Source of the DNA: Spirochaetia bacterium
Lineage (GTDB): Bacteria > Spirochaetota > Spirochaetia > SZUA-6 > Bin103
DNA: 64,000 nt
Direction of reading: 5' to 3'
Assembly (NCBI GenBank): GCA_965203905.1
Contig: CBDBDQ010000005.1
Span: 6,592,001-6,656,000, forward strand
Shown here: piece after piece, positions 19,628 to 30,062 of the stretch
How the letters are laid out: the number at the start of each line of letters is the position of its first letter
Position numbering within the stretch: position 1 is the stretch's first letter
Notes under the pieces: model-generated
Seen by the model: only the letters and a program-made list of their open reading frames with translations
What the model was told of the DNA's origin: nothing
The model's database searches: none
Translations under genes and position numbers: made by a program

Positions 19628-21679
19628 CTACTCACGCTCCACCCGGTCATCCGCCGCGCCCGCCCGGATCCGCAGCGCCTCGTCCAGATCCCCGCGCGCC
19701 TCCAGAACCTCCGCGATCTTGTCTCGGGTGAGGGCAAGAGATCGCACATCACCAAGGCGCTCGTAGACGGGCATCTCGTCTTCCCGCCGGATGCGCAACG
19801 CCTCGTCCAGGTCCCCGCGCGCTACCAGTACGTCGGCGATCTTGCCCCGGGCGATGGCACGCGAACGCACGTCACCAAGGCGCTCATACGCCGGGACCTC
19901 CTCTTCCCGCCGGATGCGCAACGCCTCGTCCAAGTCCCCGCGCGTTACCAGCATGTCGGCGATCCTGCCCCGGGCGATGGCCAGCTCCCACACGTCACCA
20001 AGGCGTTCGTACACCGGGATCTCCTCTTCCCGTCGGATGCGCAACGCCTCGTCCAGACCCCCGCGCGCGACCAGTATGTCGGCGATCTTGCCCCGGGCGA
20101 TGGCACGCGAACGCACGTCACCAAGGCGCTCGTACATCGGGATCTCCTCTTCCCGTCGGATGCGCAACGCCTCGTCCAGGTCCCCGCGTGCCTCCAGAAT
20201 GTCGGCGATCCTACCCCGGACGATGGCAAGCTCCCGCACGTCACCAAGGCGTTCAAACACCGGGATCTGCTCTTCCCTCCGGATGCGCAGCGCCTCATCC
20301 AGTTCCCCGCGCGCGACCAGTATGTCGGCGATCCTACCCCGGGTGATGGCAAGCTCCCGCACATCTCCAAGGCGTTCAAACACCGGGATCTCCTCTTCCC
20401 TACGGATGCGCAACGCCTCGTCCAGGTTCCCGCGCGCTGCCAGTACGTCGGCGATCCGCGCCCGGGCAATGGCAAGCGAACGCACATCCCCAAGGCGCTC
20501 GTACAACGGGATCTGTTCTTCTCTCTGGATGCGCAGCGCCTCGTCCAGGTCCCCGCGCACTACCAGCACGTCGGAGATCCGCCCCCGGGTAATAGCAAGC
20601 TCCCTCACATCTCCAAGGCGCTCGTACAACGGGATCTCCTCTTCCCTACGGATGCGCAACGCCTCATCCAGTTCCCCGCGCGCTATCAGTATGTCGGCGA
20701 TCTTGCTCCAGGCGATGGCAAGCTCCCGCACGTCACCAAGGCGCTCGTAGACCGGGATCTGTTCAATCCTCCAGATGCGCAGCGCTGCTTCGAGGTCCCC
20801 GTTTGCCTGCAGAATGTCGGCGATCTGCCCCCGGGTAATGGCAAGCTCGCGCACATCTCCAAGGCGCTCATAGACCGGGATCTGCTCTTCCCTCCGGATA
20901 CGTAGCGCCTCATCGAGTGCCCCGCGCGTTACCAGTATGTCGGCAATCCGACCCTGCACGAGCGCCCGGCGCCAGCGATCGTCTGTCGCTGACACTGTGA
21001 TCAACGCCTGCGCATAAGACTGCTCTGCTTCCTCCGGGTACCCGAGACAAGCCTGTAAGTCACCAAGCTCAACCAGCAAGTCGAGGTCTGCCGCCTTCAA
21101 CGACGACCGACGAGCGCGAAAATACCGCTGCAAGTCCGCCAAACGCTGCTGGCGTGCGGGCCTGTCCGCGGCGATGGGAACCGTTCGAACGTACTGCGGG
21201 TTCGCTCGAACGGACACTTTCGGTAGCGAGAAGTCGAATACACCGGAGCGCCACGCCCACAGGTCGGCAGCGCCCGTTGCCACCGTTTGCAGGTCACGTT
21301 CCCGGATCCATATCAGCAAGGGCCGCTGACATCGTGCGGCGAACGCTTCCCGGCGGTAGTTCAGGCGTGTCAGCAGATCATCCAACCCATCCGGCCACGA
21401 CTCCAGTCCGCTGAGCTGCGCCGGTCCCGCGCAAGTGGGATCACTCAGTCGCCCGAACAACTCCTCGGTACCGACTCGGACCTTACAGTCGATAGCAACG
21501 CGAAGCCGAGCGTCCAACAGTTCCGCGAGGAAGCCGGCCACGGTCGCGCGATAGGCGCTGTCGGAATAGGTGAGGAAGCAAAGGACAAACGACTGCCTGT
21601 TCTCAACCAGCCGACGGAGCCGAAGCAATGCCCCGGAGTGTTCCGAGCGGAGCGGCCACGACGCGCGGACTCTACTCAT
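19628..21679 (-). CDS. TPR-repeat protein with N-terminal degenerate NTPase-like domain; C-terminus apparently truncated
   Basis: LNYRREAF...LLIW...ADLWAWRSGVFDF N-domain; ten full and one partial 41-aa repeats. Confidence 0.85.
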   Translation of the reverse strand: MSRVRASWPLRSEHSGALLRLRRLVENRQSFVLCFLTYSDSAYRATVAGFLAELLDARLRVAIDCKVRVGTEELFGRLSDPTCAGPAQLSGLESWPDGLDDLLTRLNYRREAFAARCQRPLLIWIRERDLQTVATGAADLWAWRSGVFDFSLPKVSVRANPQYVRTVPIAADRPARQQRLADLQRYFRARRSSLKAADLDLLVELGDLQACLGYPEEAEQSYAQALITVSATDDRWRRALVQGRIADILVTRGALDEALRIRREEQIPVYERLGDVRELAITRGQIADILQANGDLEAALRIWRIEQIPVYERLGDVRELAIAWSKIADILIARGELDEALRIRREEEIPLYERLGDVRELAITRGRISDVLVVRGDLDEALRIQREEQIPLYERLGDVRSLAIARARIADVLAARGNLDEALRIRREEEIPVFERLGDVRELAITRGRIADILVARGELDEALRIRREEQIPVFERLGDVRELAIVRGRIADILEARGDLDEALRIRREEEIPMYERLGDVRSRAIARGKIADILVARGGLDEALRIRREEEIPVYERLGDVWELAIARGRIADMLVTRGDLDEALRIRREEEVPAYERLGDVRSRAIARGKIADVLVARGDLDEALRIRREDEMPVYERLGDVRSLALTRDKIAEVLEARGDLDEALRIRAGAADDRVERE
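19665..20965 (-). repeat. 123-bp coding tandem repeat (41-aa TPR-like unit), ~10.6 copies
   Basis: Unit LAIxRGxIADILxARGxLDEALRIRREExIPxYERLGDVRx; CCAAGGCG recurs every 123 bp. Confidence 0.92.
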
Positions 21680-23006
21680 CAGATCCGGAGAGAGAATCCT
21701 TGGCTGCCATGTACTCCTCGGTGGAACGAATCACGGGATGGCTACGCCAGAAGTACTCGTTGTACTCCAGTAAGGCGAGGTTGTAGAGCAAATTCCGACT
21801 GCGCTCCGAACCGGCCGGAGGCGGCTGACCGGCGTCTATCGCTGCCAGCAGTCGGTAGTCGTCGAGGTTGAGAGTGCGCCGATAGTCGGCCGCCATTTCC
21901 CGCACCGCCCGATGCGCCGATGCATCATCGAAACGATCGTGTTCGGCATGCTTGAACGCGTTCAGAAGGAGTCGCAGCAGATCACGCGGATGGCCACCGC
22001 TGTGCTCGATCAGACGGTCGGCGACACCGGCATCGAACAACTCGGCCGCGGCGCGTCGATGCAGCATTCTCTCCATCGCAGTGCGTCCTTCCTCATGCAG
22101 CGAGCCGTCGCTGTTCAGCAGCTTGATCATTGGCAACCGGAAGATGGAAGAAAAGTTCTGTCCTACGTTGGCGCCTTCGTAAGCCAGGTGAACCGGCGCA
22201 CAATACACGAACAAGGCCCGGACCTGTTGCAACTGATGGACATCCGCTGCGAAGAACGCGTGCGCGTCGTCGCCACCCAGACGGTCGGTACCGTCGATCA
22301 CGAAGAGTATTCGGACCCCTTTCCCGGTACCCGGAAGGGTGTCTTCGGTCACCGTTATGAGGTGATTGAACCCGTCCGCAAAGTCGCTGAAGTGGTTCCG
22401 AAGCGTAGTTCTCAGCTCTTCCTTGTAGGTGGTGTTGGTCTTGAAGGCGGTGCTTATTTGTGCAAACAGCTTGGCCAGAAAGGGGAGTCCCACGCTGCCG
22501 CCGACGCCGGCCTTGGCTTCCACAGCGAAGTCTCGGGTACTCGTGGTTTTCTCGACCCTCTCGGTAAACCACTCCTGCAGTCTGCCCAGGTGAACCTCGT
22601 CAACGTGGATGCCGTCATCCACGAGCTGTCTCATGAGCGTGCTGGCGAGATGCAGCAGAACATCCTGGTATCGGAGATTGTTGACGTCGAGATCCTGAGC
22701 CGCATCGGCGAACACCACGTAGTAGAAATCGCGATCATGAAGTTCGTGGGCGATGCGTCTGAGCTCGGTGCTCTTTCCGGAGCCTCGGTGGCCGCAAAAG
22801 AGGTAGTAGCCGTGAGCGGGAGCCGCCAATCTGCGCCGGGTACGGTCGACGCCAAGAGCACGACAGAGCTGGGCCAAGCTGTATTCGCCACGCGCCCGCT
22901 CGGTATCCACCCATCGCGGGTCGCGATCGCCATCGAGGTGCTCATCGAGCTGCAGGCTCCGATTGACCTCCCAGATGTCGCGCGGCGGCTGCCAAGGCGC
23001 AGTCAT
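21672..23006 (-). CDS. P-loop ATPase coupled to the TPR gene
   Basis: GHRGSGKSTEL, FVIDGTDR, SGGHPRDLLRL, LLYNLALLEYN; overlaps TPR start. Confidence 0.88.
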   Translation of the reverse strand: MTAPWQPPRDIWEVNRSLQLDEHLDGDRDPRWVDTERARGEYSLAQLCRALGVDRTRRRLAAPAHGYYLFCGHRGSGKSTELRRIAHELHDRDFYYVVFADAAQDLDVNNLRYQDVLLHLASTLMRQLVDDGIHVDEVHLGRLQEWFTERVEKTTSTRDFAVEAKAGVGGSVGLPFLAKLFAQISTAFKTNTTYKEELRTTLRNHFSDFADGFNHLITVTEDTLPGTGKGVRILFVIDGTDRLGGDDAHAFFAADVHQLQQVRALFVYCAPVHLAYEGANVGQNFSSIFRLPMIKLLNSDGSLHEEGRTAMERMLHRRAAAELFDAGVADRLIEHSGGHPRDLLRLLLNAFKHAEHDRFDDASAHRAVREMAADYRRTLNLDDYRLLAAIDAGQPPPAGSERSRNLLYNLALLEYNEYFWRSHPVIRSTEEYMAAKDSLSGSDE

Positions 23007-23183
23007 TCCAACTCCTGACGTTCGGCCCCTCTTCTCCCAGTGTTCACAGGCAGCGTAGTGGCGTCAATGAGTCGCAAACCGAGACCGCCCTCAGATTCCG
23101 GTGGGCTTCCCAGGGTGTTGTCCACCGCGTGTTCGAGCGGTTCCGCCTGCCAGAATGGTCGCCACGTCCCCGTCGCGCTGGAA

Positions 23184-24278
23184 TTACCGGTCCGGCCAGA
23201 CGAGCGAAACCTTGCCGAGGGTGTCCGGCGACTCGGCCACGGCGAAGGCGCGGGGCGCGTCGTCGATCGTGAATCTGCCCGCGTCCAGCGGCGCAAAGCT
23301 GGTGCCGGTGGCCACCATCAGGTCCACCAGGTCGTAGTAGTAGTGGATCGGCAGCACCCAGGAGCCCATCACCTGCGCCTGCTTGCGGATCAGGTCGGCC
23401 ACGTTGACCTGCGGCGCGAAGCGCAGCGGCCACATGCCGCGCCCCACGGTCACCACCCGCCCGCCACGGCCCACCACCTCCAGCGCCGCCGCCAGGCCGC
23501 CCTCGCTGCCGGAGGCATCGAACACGCGCCCCGGATCGGCCCCGCCGGTGACGCCGCGCACCGCCTCGGTCAGCGGACCGGCCGCCCGCTCCACCCGCCC
23601 CGGCGCCGCCGCCGGGGCGCCCTCGCCATCCGCGGGCGGGACCACGGTGGCCACGCCCCGCGCTTCGGCGTAGGAACGGCGCGCGGCCACGCGGTCGAGG
23701 CCGATCACCCGCCAGCCCATGGCGCGCGCCAACAGCGCCGCCGCCAGGCCGACCGGCCCCAGCCCCACCACGGCGCACACCGGCGCCCCGGGCACCGCCT
23801 CCAGCTTGCGCAGCGCCGCGTAGGCGGTGCCCGCCGCGCAGGCCAGGAACGACCCGTCGAGGTGGGTCAACTCCTCCGGCAACGGGCAGCAGTTGCGGGC
23901 GTCGGAGAGCAGATAATCGGCGTCGGCGCCGTGCACGTGCCAGCCGTAGCCGCGCTTGCCGGTGCAGTACACGATCTCCCCGGCCAGGCAGTGCCGGCAC
24001 ACGCCGCAGCCGCGGTAGTGGTACACGGACACCCTGGTGCCGACCAGCGCGGGGGAGACCCCGGCCCCCACCTCCGCCACCACGCCGCTCGCCTCGTGCC
24101 CGATCACCAGGTTCTGCCGCTCGCCGATCTCCTCCCAGCTCCTGTGCGCCGTGTGCAGGTCGCTGCCGCAGATCCCGGCGTTGCGCAACGCCACCACCGC
24201 CTCCCCCGGCCCCGGATGCGGATCCGGCACCTCGCACACCTCGACCCTCCCCTCGCCCAGCGGCACCACTCCTCGCAT
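23184..24278 (-). CDS. zinc-binding alcohol dehydrogenase family
   Basis: GICGSDLH, GHEASG, CGVCRHC...C, GLGPVG. Confidence 0.92.
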   Translation of the reverse strand: MRGVVPLGEGRVEVCEVPDPHPGPGEAVVALRNAGICGSDLHTAHRSWEEIGERQNLVIGHEASGVVAEVGAGVSPALVGTRVSVYHYRGCGVCRHCLAGEIVYCTGKRGYGWHVHGADADYLLSDARNCCPLPEELTHLDGSFLACAAGTAYAALRKLEAVPGAPVCAVVGLGPVGLAAALLARAMGWRVIGLDRVAARRSYAEARGVATVVPPADGEGAPAAAPGRVERAAGPLTEAVRGVTGGADPGRVFDASGSEGGLAAALEVVGRGGRVVTVGRGMWPLRFAPQVNVADLIRKQAQVMGSWVLPIHYYYDLVDLMVATGTSFAPLDAGRFTIDDAPRAFAVAESPDTLGKVSLVWPDR

Positions 24279-24435
24279 TCGTCCTCCATTTGCGCCCCGT
24301 GTCGCAAAGCCTATTCTACGCCACCCGGCACGCCACCATCCGATACGTGCCACCGCGCCCGCCAGCTCTCTTTATGCCTAAATTACAGGTTTTATCGGTC
24401 TACAATAACAAGGATAACTACGGTATGGTTGTGCC

Positions 24436-25623
24436 GTGAGTCCGTTGGAGAATCCGTTTGCTCCCGGGGCGGGTGTGCGGCCGCCGGAGCTCGCCGGGCG
24501 GGATGAGCTGCTCGATTCCATCCACGTCGCCGCCGAGCGGACGCGCCGCGGGTTGGCGGCGAGAAGCGTGGTGCTGGTCGGCCTGCGAGGTGTCGGCAAG
24601 ACGGTTGTGCTCGATAGCGCGCAGGAACGGGCCGCGGAGGCCGGGCTCACCACGGTGATGGTCGAGGCAGGCGACCGCAGTCCCCTTCCGGCGATGCTCG
24701 CCGCCGCGCTGCACGGCGCGCTTCTGCGGTTGTCCCGGCAGCGCCGGGCGCGCGCCCCGGCCACCCGCGCCCTCGGAGTGCTTGCCGGTTTCGCCGCTGC
24801 GCTCAAGGTGAAATACGGCGACGTCGAGCTGGGAATCGGTGCGCCGGTCGAACCAGGGGTGGCCGACAGCGGCGATCTGGAGCTGGATCTGGTGGCTCTG
24901 TTCGAGACCCTCGGCGCGGCAGCGTCCGCCTCGGACACGGCGCTGTTCGTGATTGTCGACGAACTGCAGTATGTCCCGAAGGCGGAGCTGGCCGCGCTCT
25001 GCGCCGCGCTGCACCGCGCCGCGCAACGACGGCTGCCGCTGCTCCTGGCCGGGGCCGGGCTGCCGCAGCTACGGGCACAAGTAGCGGAGGCCAAGACCTA
25101 CGCCGAACGCCTCTTCGAATTCCGCGAGGTCGGCCCGCTCGACGAGCGCGCGTCCGAAGATGCGGTTGCCAAGCCGATCCGGGCGCAGCAGGCAGATGTC
25201 GCCCACGACGCCCTGGCCATGATCGTCGCGGAGACCCGAGGCTATCCCTACTTCTTGCAGGAGTGGGGCAAGCATGTCTGGGACGTCGCGGAACGTTCGC
25301 CGATCGCGGCCGGCGATGTCACGCGCGCCTCACGCGAGGTGACGGCCGCCCTCGACGCGGGGTTCTTTCGGGCCCGCTTCGACCGCCTGACCCCGGCCCA
25401 GAAGCGCTACCTGCGTGCCATGGCCGAACTTGGCCCCGGTCCGCACCGCTCCGGTGAGATCGCCCGTATGCTCGGCCGCAAGGTCACCGCCCTCGGCCCA
25501 ACGCGCGCGCAGTTGATTGCCAAGGGCATGGTATGGAGCGCCGCCCGCGGCGACACGGCCTTCACCGTTCCCCTGTTCGACCGCTTCATGCGCCGCATCA
25601 TGTCTCAGGACGACTGGCGCTGA
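24436..25623 (+). CDS. AAA ATPase with C-terminal winged helix
   Basis: NPFAPGAG.RPPELAGRD, GLRGVGKT, VDELQ, GYPYFLQ, FTVPLFD. Confidence 0.88.
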   Translation: MSPLENPFAPGAGVRPPELAGRDELLDSIHVAAERTRRGLAARSVVLVGLRGVGKTVVLDSAQERAAEAGLTTVMVEAGDRSPLPAMLAAALHGALLRLSRQRRARAPATRALGVLAGFAAALKVKYGDVELGIGAPVEPGVADSGDLELDLVALFETLGAAASASDTALFVIVDELQYVPKAELAALCAALHRAAQRRLPLLLAGAGLPQLRAQVAEAKTYAERLFEFREVGPLDERASEDAVAKPIRAQQADVAHDALAMIVAETRGYPYFLQEWGKHVWDVAERSPIAAGDVTRASREVTAALDAGFFRARFDRLTPAQKRYLRAMAELGPGPHRSGEIARMLGRKVTALGPTRAQLIAKGMVWSAARGDTAFTVPLFDRFMRRIMSQDDWR

Positions 25624-25626
25624 CAG

Positions 25627-26544
25627 TCAGGCGAAGGCGGCGACGATCTCATCTTCGACGCGCCGCACGTAGGCGGCGTCGGGCAGCGGCTGGAAGATGA
25701 TCTCGTCCACTCCCGCCCGCTCGAACTCGCCGATGCGGTCGACGATGAAGCTGGCCGGTGCCGGCGTCAGTCCCGGACCGAGCCGCCACTCCGAGCCGCC
25801 CTCGGGCGGCCGGTCGCCTGCACCCGCGAGCCGCAGCGGCATGTGGATCGTATGCCTGATCTCGCCCGGATCGCGCCCGACCGCCGCGCAGTGGCGCTCG
25901 ATCACCTCCGCCTTGTGCCGGTATGCCGCCAGTGACATCTCGATCTCCCAGCCGTTCAGGTTGAACACGTCGCCGTAGCGCGCCAGTGTACGCAAGGTGC
26001 GGCGCTCGCCGATGCCCCCGACCAGAATCGGAATGTGCGGCTTGCGACAGCATCCCGGCGCCAGCGGCGCCTGCTGCAGGCGGTAGTAGCGGCCCTGAAA
26101 GTCGACCGGTCCCTGCGCCGTAAACAGCGTGCGGATCAGCCTGCACGCTTCCTCCAGCCGGTCCGACCGTTCCCGCAGGTCCGGGAAGTCCCAGCCGTAG
26201 GCGGCGTGCTCGCGCTCGAACCAGGCGGCGCCGATGCCCAGCACCAGCCGCCCTCGCGACGCCTGGTCGAGCGTGGCCGCCATCTTCGCCACCAGGGCCG
26301 GGTTGCGGTAGGTGTTGCCCAGCACCAGCGTGCCGAGCTCGACCCGCTGGGTCATGCCGGCGGCCACCGACAGCAGGGTGAACGCCTCGAAGGCGTTCTT
26401 GCGCTCGTCCCGGTCACCGATCGGCGGCAGGAAGTGGTCCGCGATCCACAGACTGTTCCAGCGCCCGCCCTCCAGCGCGCCGATATACGCGCCGATCGCC
26501 TCCCAGTCAGCCCCGAAACTGTTGACCTGCGTCCCGAACTTCAT
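25627..26544 (-). CDS. LLM-class flavin/F420-dependent oxidoreductase
   Basis: WIADHF, YRNPALVAKMAATLD..SRGRLVLGIGAAW, ILVGG. Confidence 0.92.
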   Translation of the reverse strand: MKFGTQVNSFGADWEAIGAYIGALEGGRWNSLWIADHFLPPIGDRDERKNAFEAFTLLSVAAGMTQRVELGTLVLGNTYRNPALVAKMAATLDQASRGRLVLGIGAAWFEREHAAYGWDFPDLRERSDRLEEACRLIRTLFTAQGPVDFQGRYYRLQQAPLAPGCCRKPHIPILVGGIGERRTLRTLARYGDVFNLNGWEIEMSLAAYRHKAEVIERHCAAVGRDPGEIRHTIHMPLRLAGAGDRPPEGGSEWRLGPGLTPAPASFIVDRIGEFERAGVDEIIFQPLPDAAYVRRVEDEIVAAFA

Positions 26545-26560
26545 GCCTTCCCTCTGCGCT

Positions 26561-27403
26561 TCAGCCGCCGCGCAGGAGTTGCTCCCGTTCCTTGCCGCCC
26601 TTCACCAGGTCCGATTGCGAGGCCAAACGAACGGTGATGCCGCCATCGATCATCAGGTTGTGCCCGGTGGTGTGACGGCTCTCGTCGCCGGCCAGGTACA
26701 GGGCAGCGTACGCGATGTCTTCCGAGGTTCCCGCACGCCGCAGCGGTAACTGCGCCGCAAAGTGCTCCGTCAGCCGCTGCGACCGCCGGTCGTTTTCCTC
26801 ATCCGACTGGGTATGGTGGCCGCCCCAGAAAATGGGGGTGACGATGGCGCCGGGCGAGATGCAGTTGACACGAATCCCAAACTCCGCCAACTGCGTCGCC
26901 CAGATCCTGGTCATGTGGATGACGCCGGCCTTGCTCGCGGCATAGACCGGCCCCGAGCCATCGGTCGTGATCCCGGCGGTGCTGCCGTTGTTGATGATGC
27001 TGCCGCCGCCCTGCTGCTTCATGATCGGCGTCACGTACTTGATGCCGAGAAAACAGGAGCCGAGATTGGTCATCATCACGCGATTGAAAGCGTCGAGCGT
27101 GAACTCTTCCGGAGGCACGATGCCCTGCCCGATGCCGGCGTTGTTGAACAGCACGTCCACCCGCCCCCAGCGCGCCACGGCGGCATCGACCAGCGCCTGC
27201 ACGTCGGCTTCCACCGCAACGTCGGCGCGGACGAAGACCGCATTCTCGCCGAGCCGCTCGGCCAGCGCCTGCCCGGCTTCCTCGCCCCGGGCGGCAATCA
27301 CCACCCGCGCCCCTTCGGCCACGAACAGCTCCACCGTGCCGGCCCCCATGCCGCTGTTGCCCCCGGTGACGATCGCCACCTTGCCTGCCAGTCTTTCTGC
27401 CAT
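26561..27403 (-). CDS. short-chain dehydrogenase/reductase
   Basis: TGGNSGMG, NNAG, YAASK. Confidence 0.94.
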   Translation of the reverse strand: MAERLAGKVAIVTGGNSGMGAGTVELFVAEGARVVIAARGEEAGQALAERLGENAVFVRADVAVEADVQALVDAAVARWGRVDVLFNNAGIGQGIVPPEEFTLDAFNRVMMTNLGSCFLGIKYVTPIMKQQGGGSIINNGSTAGITTDGSGPVYAASKAGVIHMTRIWATQLAEFGIRVNCISPGAIVTPIFWGGHHTQSDEENDRRSQRLTEHFAAQLPLRRAGTSEDIAYAALYLAGDESRHTTGHNLMIDGGITVRLASQSDLVKGGKEREQLLRGG

Positions 27404-27464
27404 CGTCGTCTCCTCGGATCATGGTCGGGCCGCCACTCGTCACCGGCAGATGGCGCCGCCGCGG

Positions 27465-27750
27465 TCACAGCCCCCTGACCGCTCTACCGTATGGGAGTCG
27501 GGACGTACCGACAAGGGTCGGCGCTGGCCCAGTTGCGGGAGCGGGACTACGCGGCGAAGTACAGATACGCCCCCGATATGGATCGATGTTGAACGACCGA
27601 GGACTTGCCGGGACCGGAAAGTGCCCGAACGGGCTGAGCGCTCCATCGGCAGCGATCGTGAATCCCACGATGCTGTCGTGGCCACGATTGGACGCATACG
27701 CCCAGCGGCCGTTCGGATGCACCTCCACGTGGGCGGTAGCCCCGCCTTGT
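27465..27750 (-). pseudogene. 6-phosphogluconolactonase-like beta-propeller fragment
   Basis: VHPNGRWAYASNRGHDSI...PRSFNIDP; no intact start, degenerate end. Confidence 0.7.
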
Positions 27751-27959
27751 GCATAGTCCGAAGGCAGGGTCGAGACATTCTGGAAGATCGAGTTGGCGAA
27801 GTCAGCCTGCGGGAAGCCGCCGAGCTACTCGGTCTGGCCCCGGTGCGACGCCTCGACCGACTTGCCATACTGGGCACGGCCCCTGCTTTCCGGTCGGGGC
27901 CAAGGTGACGCCCCGCGAGGGTCTGTGCTAACCTGACTACACAGTCGGGACCGCATGCT

Positions 27960-29381
27960 ATGCTAACTCGCCTTGAAGCGGACGGATTCAAGAATCTCAT
28001 CGACTTTGCGGTCGATTTCGGCCCTTATACCTGTATCGCCGGGCCGAACGGGGTCGGCAAGTCCAATGTCTTCGACGCAATTCACTTTCTTTCCCTGCTA
28101 GCAGATCTTTCCATTCTCGAAGCTGCGCTGCAAGTGCGTTCTCGAACGGGCAGCACCGCTCGCCTGGACGATCTGTTTTTTCGCAGCGATGCGGTGCATC
28201 ACGATAAGTTCAAGATCGCTGCCGAAATGCTGGTGGACCAGCGGGTGATCGATGACTTCGGACGTCCGGGCCAAGCCACCTCCACGTTCTTGCGGTACGA
28301 GATCGAAATTGGCCGAAGAACGGGAGCCGCCAGCGCCGACGGTCTCACTTCCGACTTGGAACTCCGTTCGGAATCGCTTCAGTTGGTGCGCCAGGGAGAT
28401 GCCGGAAAGAGACTACGATTCCCTCACTCCAAGTCCAGATTTCGAGACTCGGCGGTCAGGAATCGGCGGTTCGCCAGGACTGGTTACATCTCTACGGAGT
28501 GGTCGGATAGCGGCACGCCCGAGATCATCGTTCACCAGGACGGTGGTGCAAGGGGCCCCGGGCAGCGAGCACCGGCACTTACCGCGCCCAGAACGATCGT
28601 AAGCACTACCAGCACGATAGCGACTCCGACCATCCTGGCCGCCCGCCGCGAAATGCAGAAGTGGAGGTTGCTTGCCCTCGAGCCAAGTGCAATGCGACGC
28701 CCGGATCGTCTCGGAAGAGATCCCACCTCGGTGTCTGACAACGGCGCTCATCTTGCGGGAGCACTTAATCGATTGAAGCGGCTGGATGGGGAACATGGCG
28801 ACGTAGCCGGGCGTATCTCGGCGAGACTGGCAGAATTCGTGCCCGTAACCAGCGTCGATGTGGTACGAGACGAGGTCCGTGAGCTACTCAGTTTGTCGAT
28901 CACCGAGACGACCGGTCAGCGCTTCTCGGCGAGCGCCGTGTCCGACGGTACCCTACGCTTCCTTGCCCTCGCCATCCTGGCGGAAGATCCCGAGGCCGGG
29001 GGCGTGCTGTGCATCGAAGAACCGGAGAACGGCATCCATCCTGAGCGATTACCGTCCATGGAAGGACTCATGCGGGACTTGGCCGTCGATACCGACAGCC
29101 CGATCGGAGACGGCAACGTCATGCGCCAGCTCATTCTCGCAACTCACTCCCCCTATCTACTTCAGCTTCAGGAGCCCGCTGACATATTGATTGCGAAAGA
29201 GACGATGCTGCGATACGGCGAAGCCACGGTACCCTGTTTTCGATGCTACCCTCTGGCAAAGACGTGGCGTGCGGACGAGAGCAGAGGGGCAGTGCTTGGT
29301 CTTTCGATGATGTACGACTACCTGCAACCTCCCGAGGGAGCGAAACTACGAATGCCATTTGAACTGTCTTCCGCTCCGTGA
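27960..29381 (+). CDS. ABC/AAA_21-type ATPase
   Basis: GFKNL, GPNGVGKSN, signature SDGTLRFL, IEEPENGIHP, ATHSP. Confidence 0.9.
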   Translation: MLTRLEADGFKNLIDFAVDFGPYTCIAGPNGVGKSNVFDAIHFLSLLADLSILEAALQVRSRTGSTARLDDLFFRSDAVHHDKFKIAAEMLVDQRVIDDFGRPGQATSTFLRYEIEIGRRTGAASADGLTSDLELRSESLQLVRQGDAGKRLRFPHSKSRFRDSAVRNRRFARTGYISTEWSDSGTPEIIVHQDGGARGPGQRAPALTAPRTIVSTTSTIATPTILAARREMQKWRLLALEPSAMRRPDRLGRDPTSVSDNGAHLAGALNRLKRLDGEHGDVAGRISARLAEFVPVTSVDVVRDEVRELLSLSITETTGQRFSASAVSDGTLRFLALAILAEDPEAGGVLCIEEPENGIHPERLPSMEGLMRDLAVDTDSPIGDGNVMRQLILATHSPYLLQLQEPADILIAKETMLRYGEATVPCFRCYPLAKTWRADESRGAVLGLSMMYDYLQPPEGAKLRMPFELSSAP

Positions 29382-29760
29382 CTTATCGAATCGTCCGTTT
29401 CGCGCTGCTGTGCGAAGGTACTTCAGACCGTCCTCTCGTAGCGCATCTTCGACGCCTGCTGTCCTCATGCGGCGCGACTGAAGCTGTAGGATCCGCCATC
29501 CCACTTAGCTCGATACGAAGGCCTAGGGATCATCGCGGTTCGGCGCTTTCTCGAAAGATCCAGATCGCACTAACGACGGAATCTGAACTCGATCTGTTGT
29601 TCGTTCATCGCGACGCAAATTCTGCCGGATATGAAGCCAGAGTCGGAGAAATCAGGGAAGCCATTGGTAATGTTGGCCGATCGATCGACTGGATCCCTAT
29701 CGTTCCCGGTAGAGCGACCGAGGCATGGCTCCTGCTCGACGAAGACGCGATTCGAAGAGC
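29378..29760 (+). pseudogene. DUF4276/TOPRIM-like partner of the ATPase, 3'-truncated
   Basis: CEGTSD, LFVHRDAN, TEAWLLLDEDAIRRA; family-like sequence stops at ~29760. Confidence 0.7.
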
Positions 29761-29761
29761 C

Positions 29762-30062
29762 CGTTGCCCGGCGGCTGGCCACCCCAGGACGAGAAGGTCG
29801 CGTGGCGCGTCTGCGTCCCGACGGTCAGCGCCACCCGCGGACTGCCGGTTGCCCTCACCGCCCGGTCGAACCGCACCTCTACCTGGACTCGCTCCCCCGT
29901 TCGTTACGTGCCACCCCGGGCCGGGTAGTCGTGGAACGTGACCGCTGAGATCGCGGGCGCGACATCTTCGGCATAGGCGGCGGTTGCCATCGCTACGAAC
30001 ACCGGCAGGCAGGAGATGCCGATCTGGTTGCTTTCAGCCCGGAGTATGCGCTTCGCACTCAT
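29762..30062 (-). pseudogene. 5' fragment of a secreted surface protein (Ig-like repeat)
   Basis: Signal peptide ...AMATAAYA then APAISAVTFHDYPARGGT*RTGERVQVEVRFDRAVRATGSPRVALTVGTQTRHA; TAA at 29906-29904; absent from the ORF track. Confidence 0.6.

Noticed and set aside
19665-20965. Regular repeats as a CRISPR array
   Set aside because: The 123-bp in-frame units encode TPR-like repeats; there are no unique spacers and no cas genes.
27770-27908. GEVSLREAAELLGL, a possible UPF0175/HTH antitoxin fragment
   Set aside because: Too short and without a start codon.
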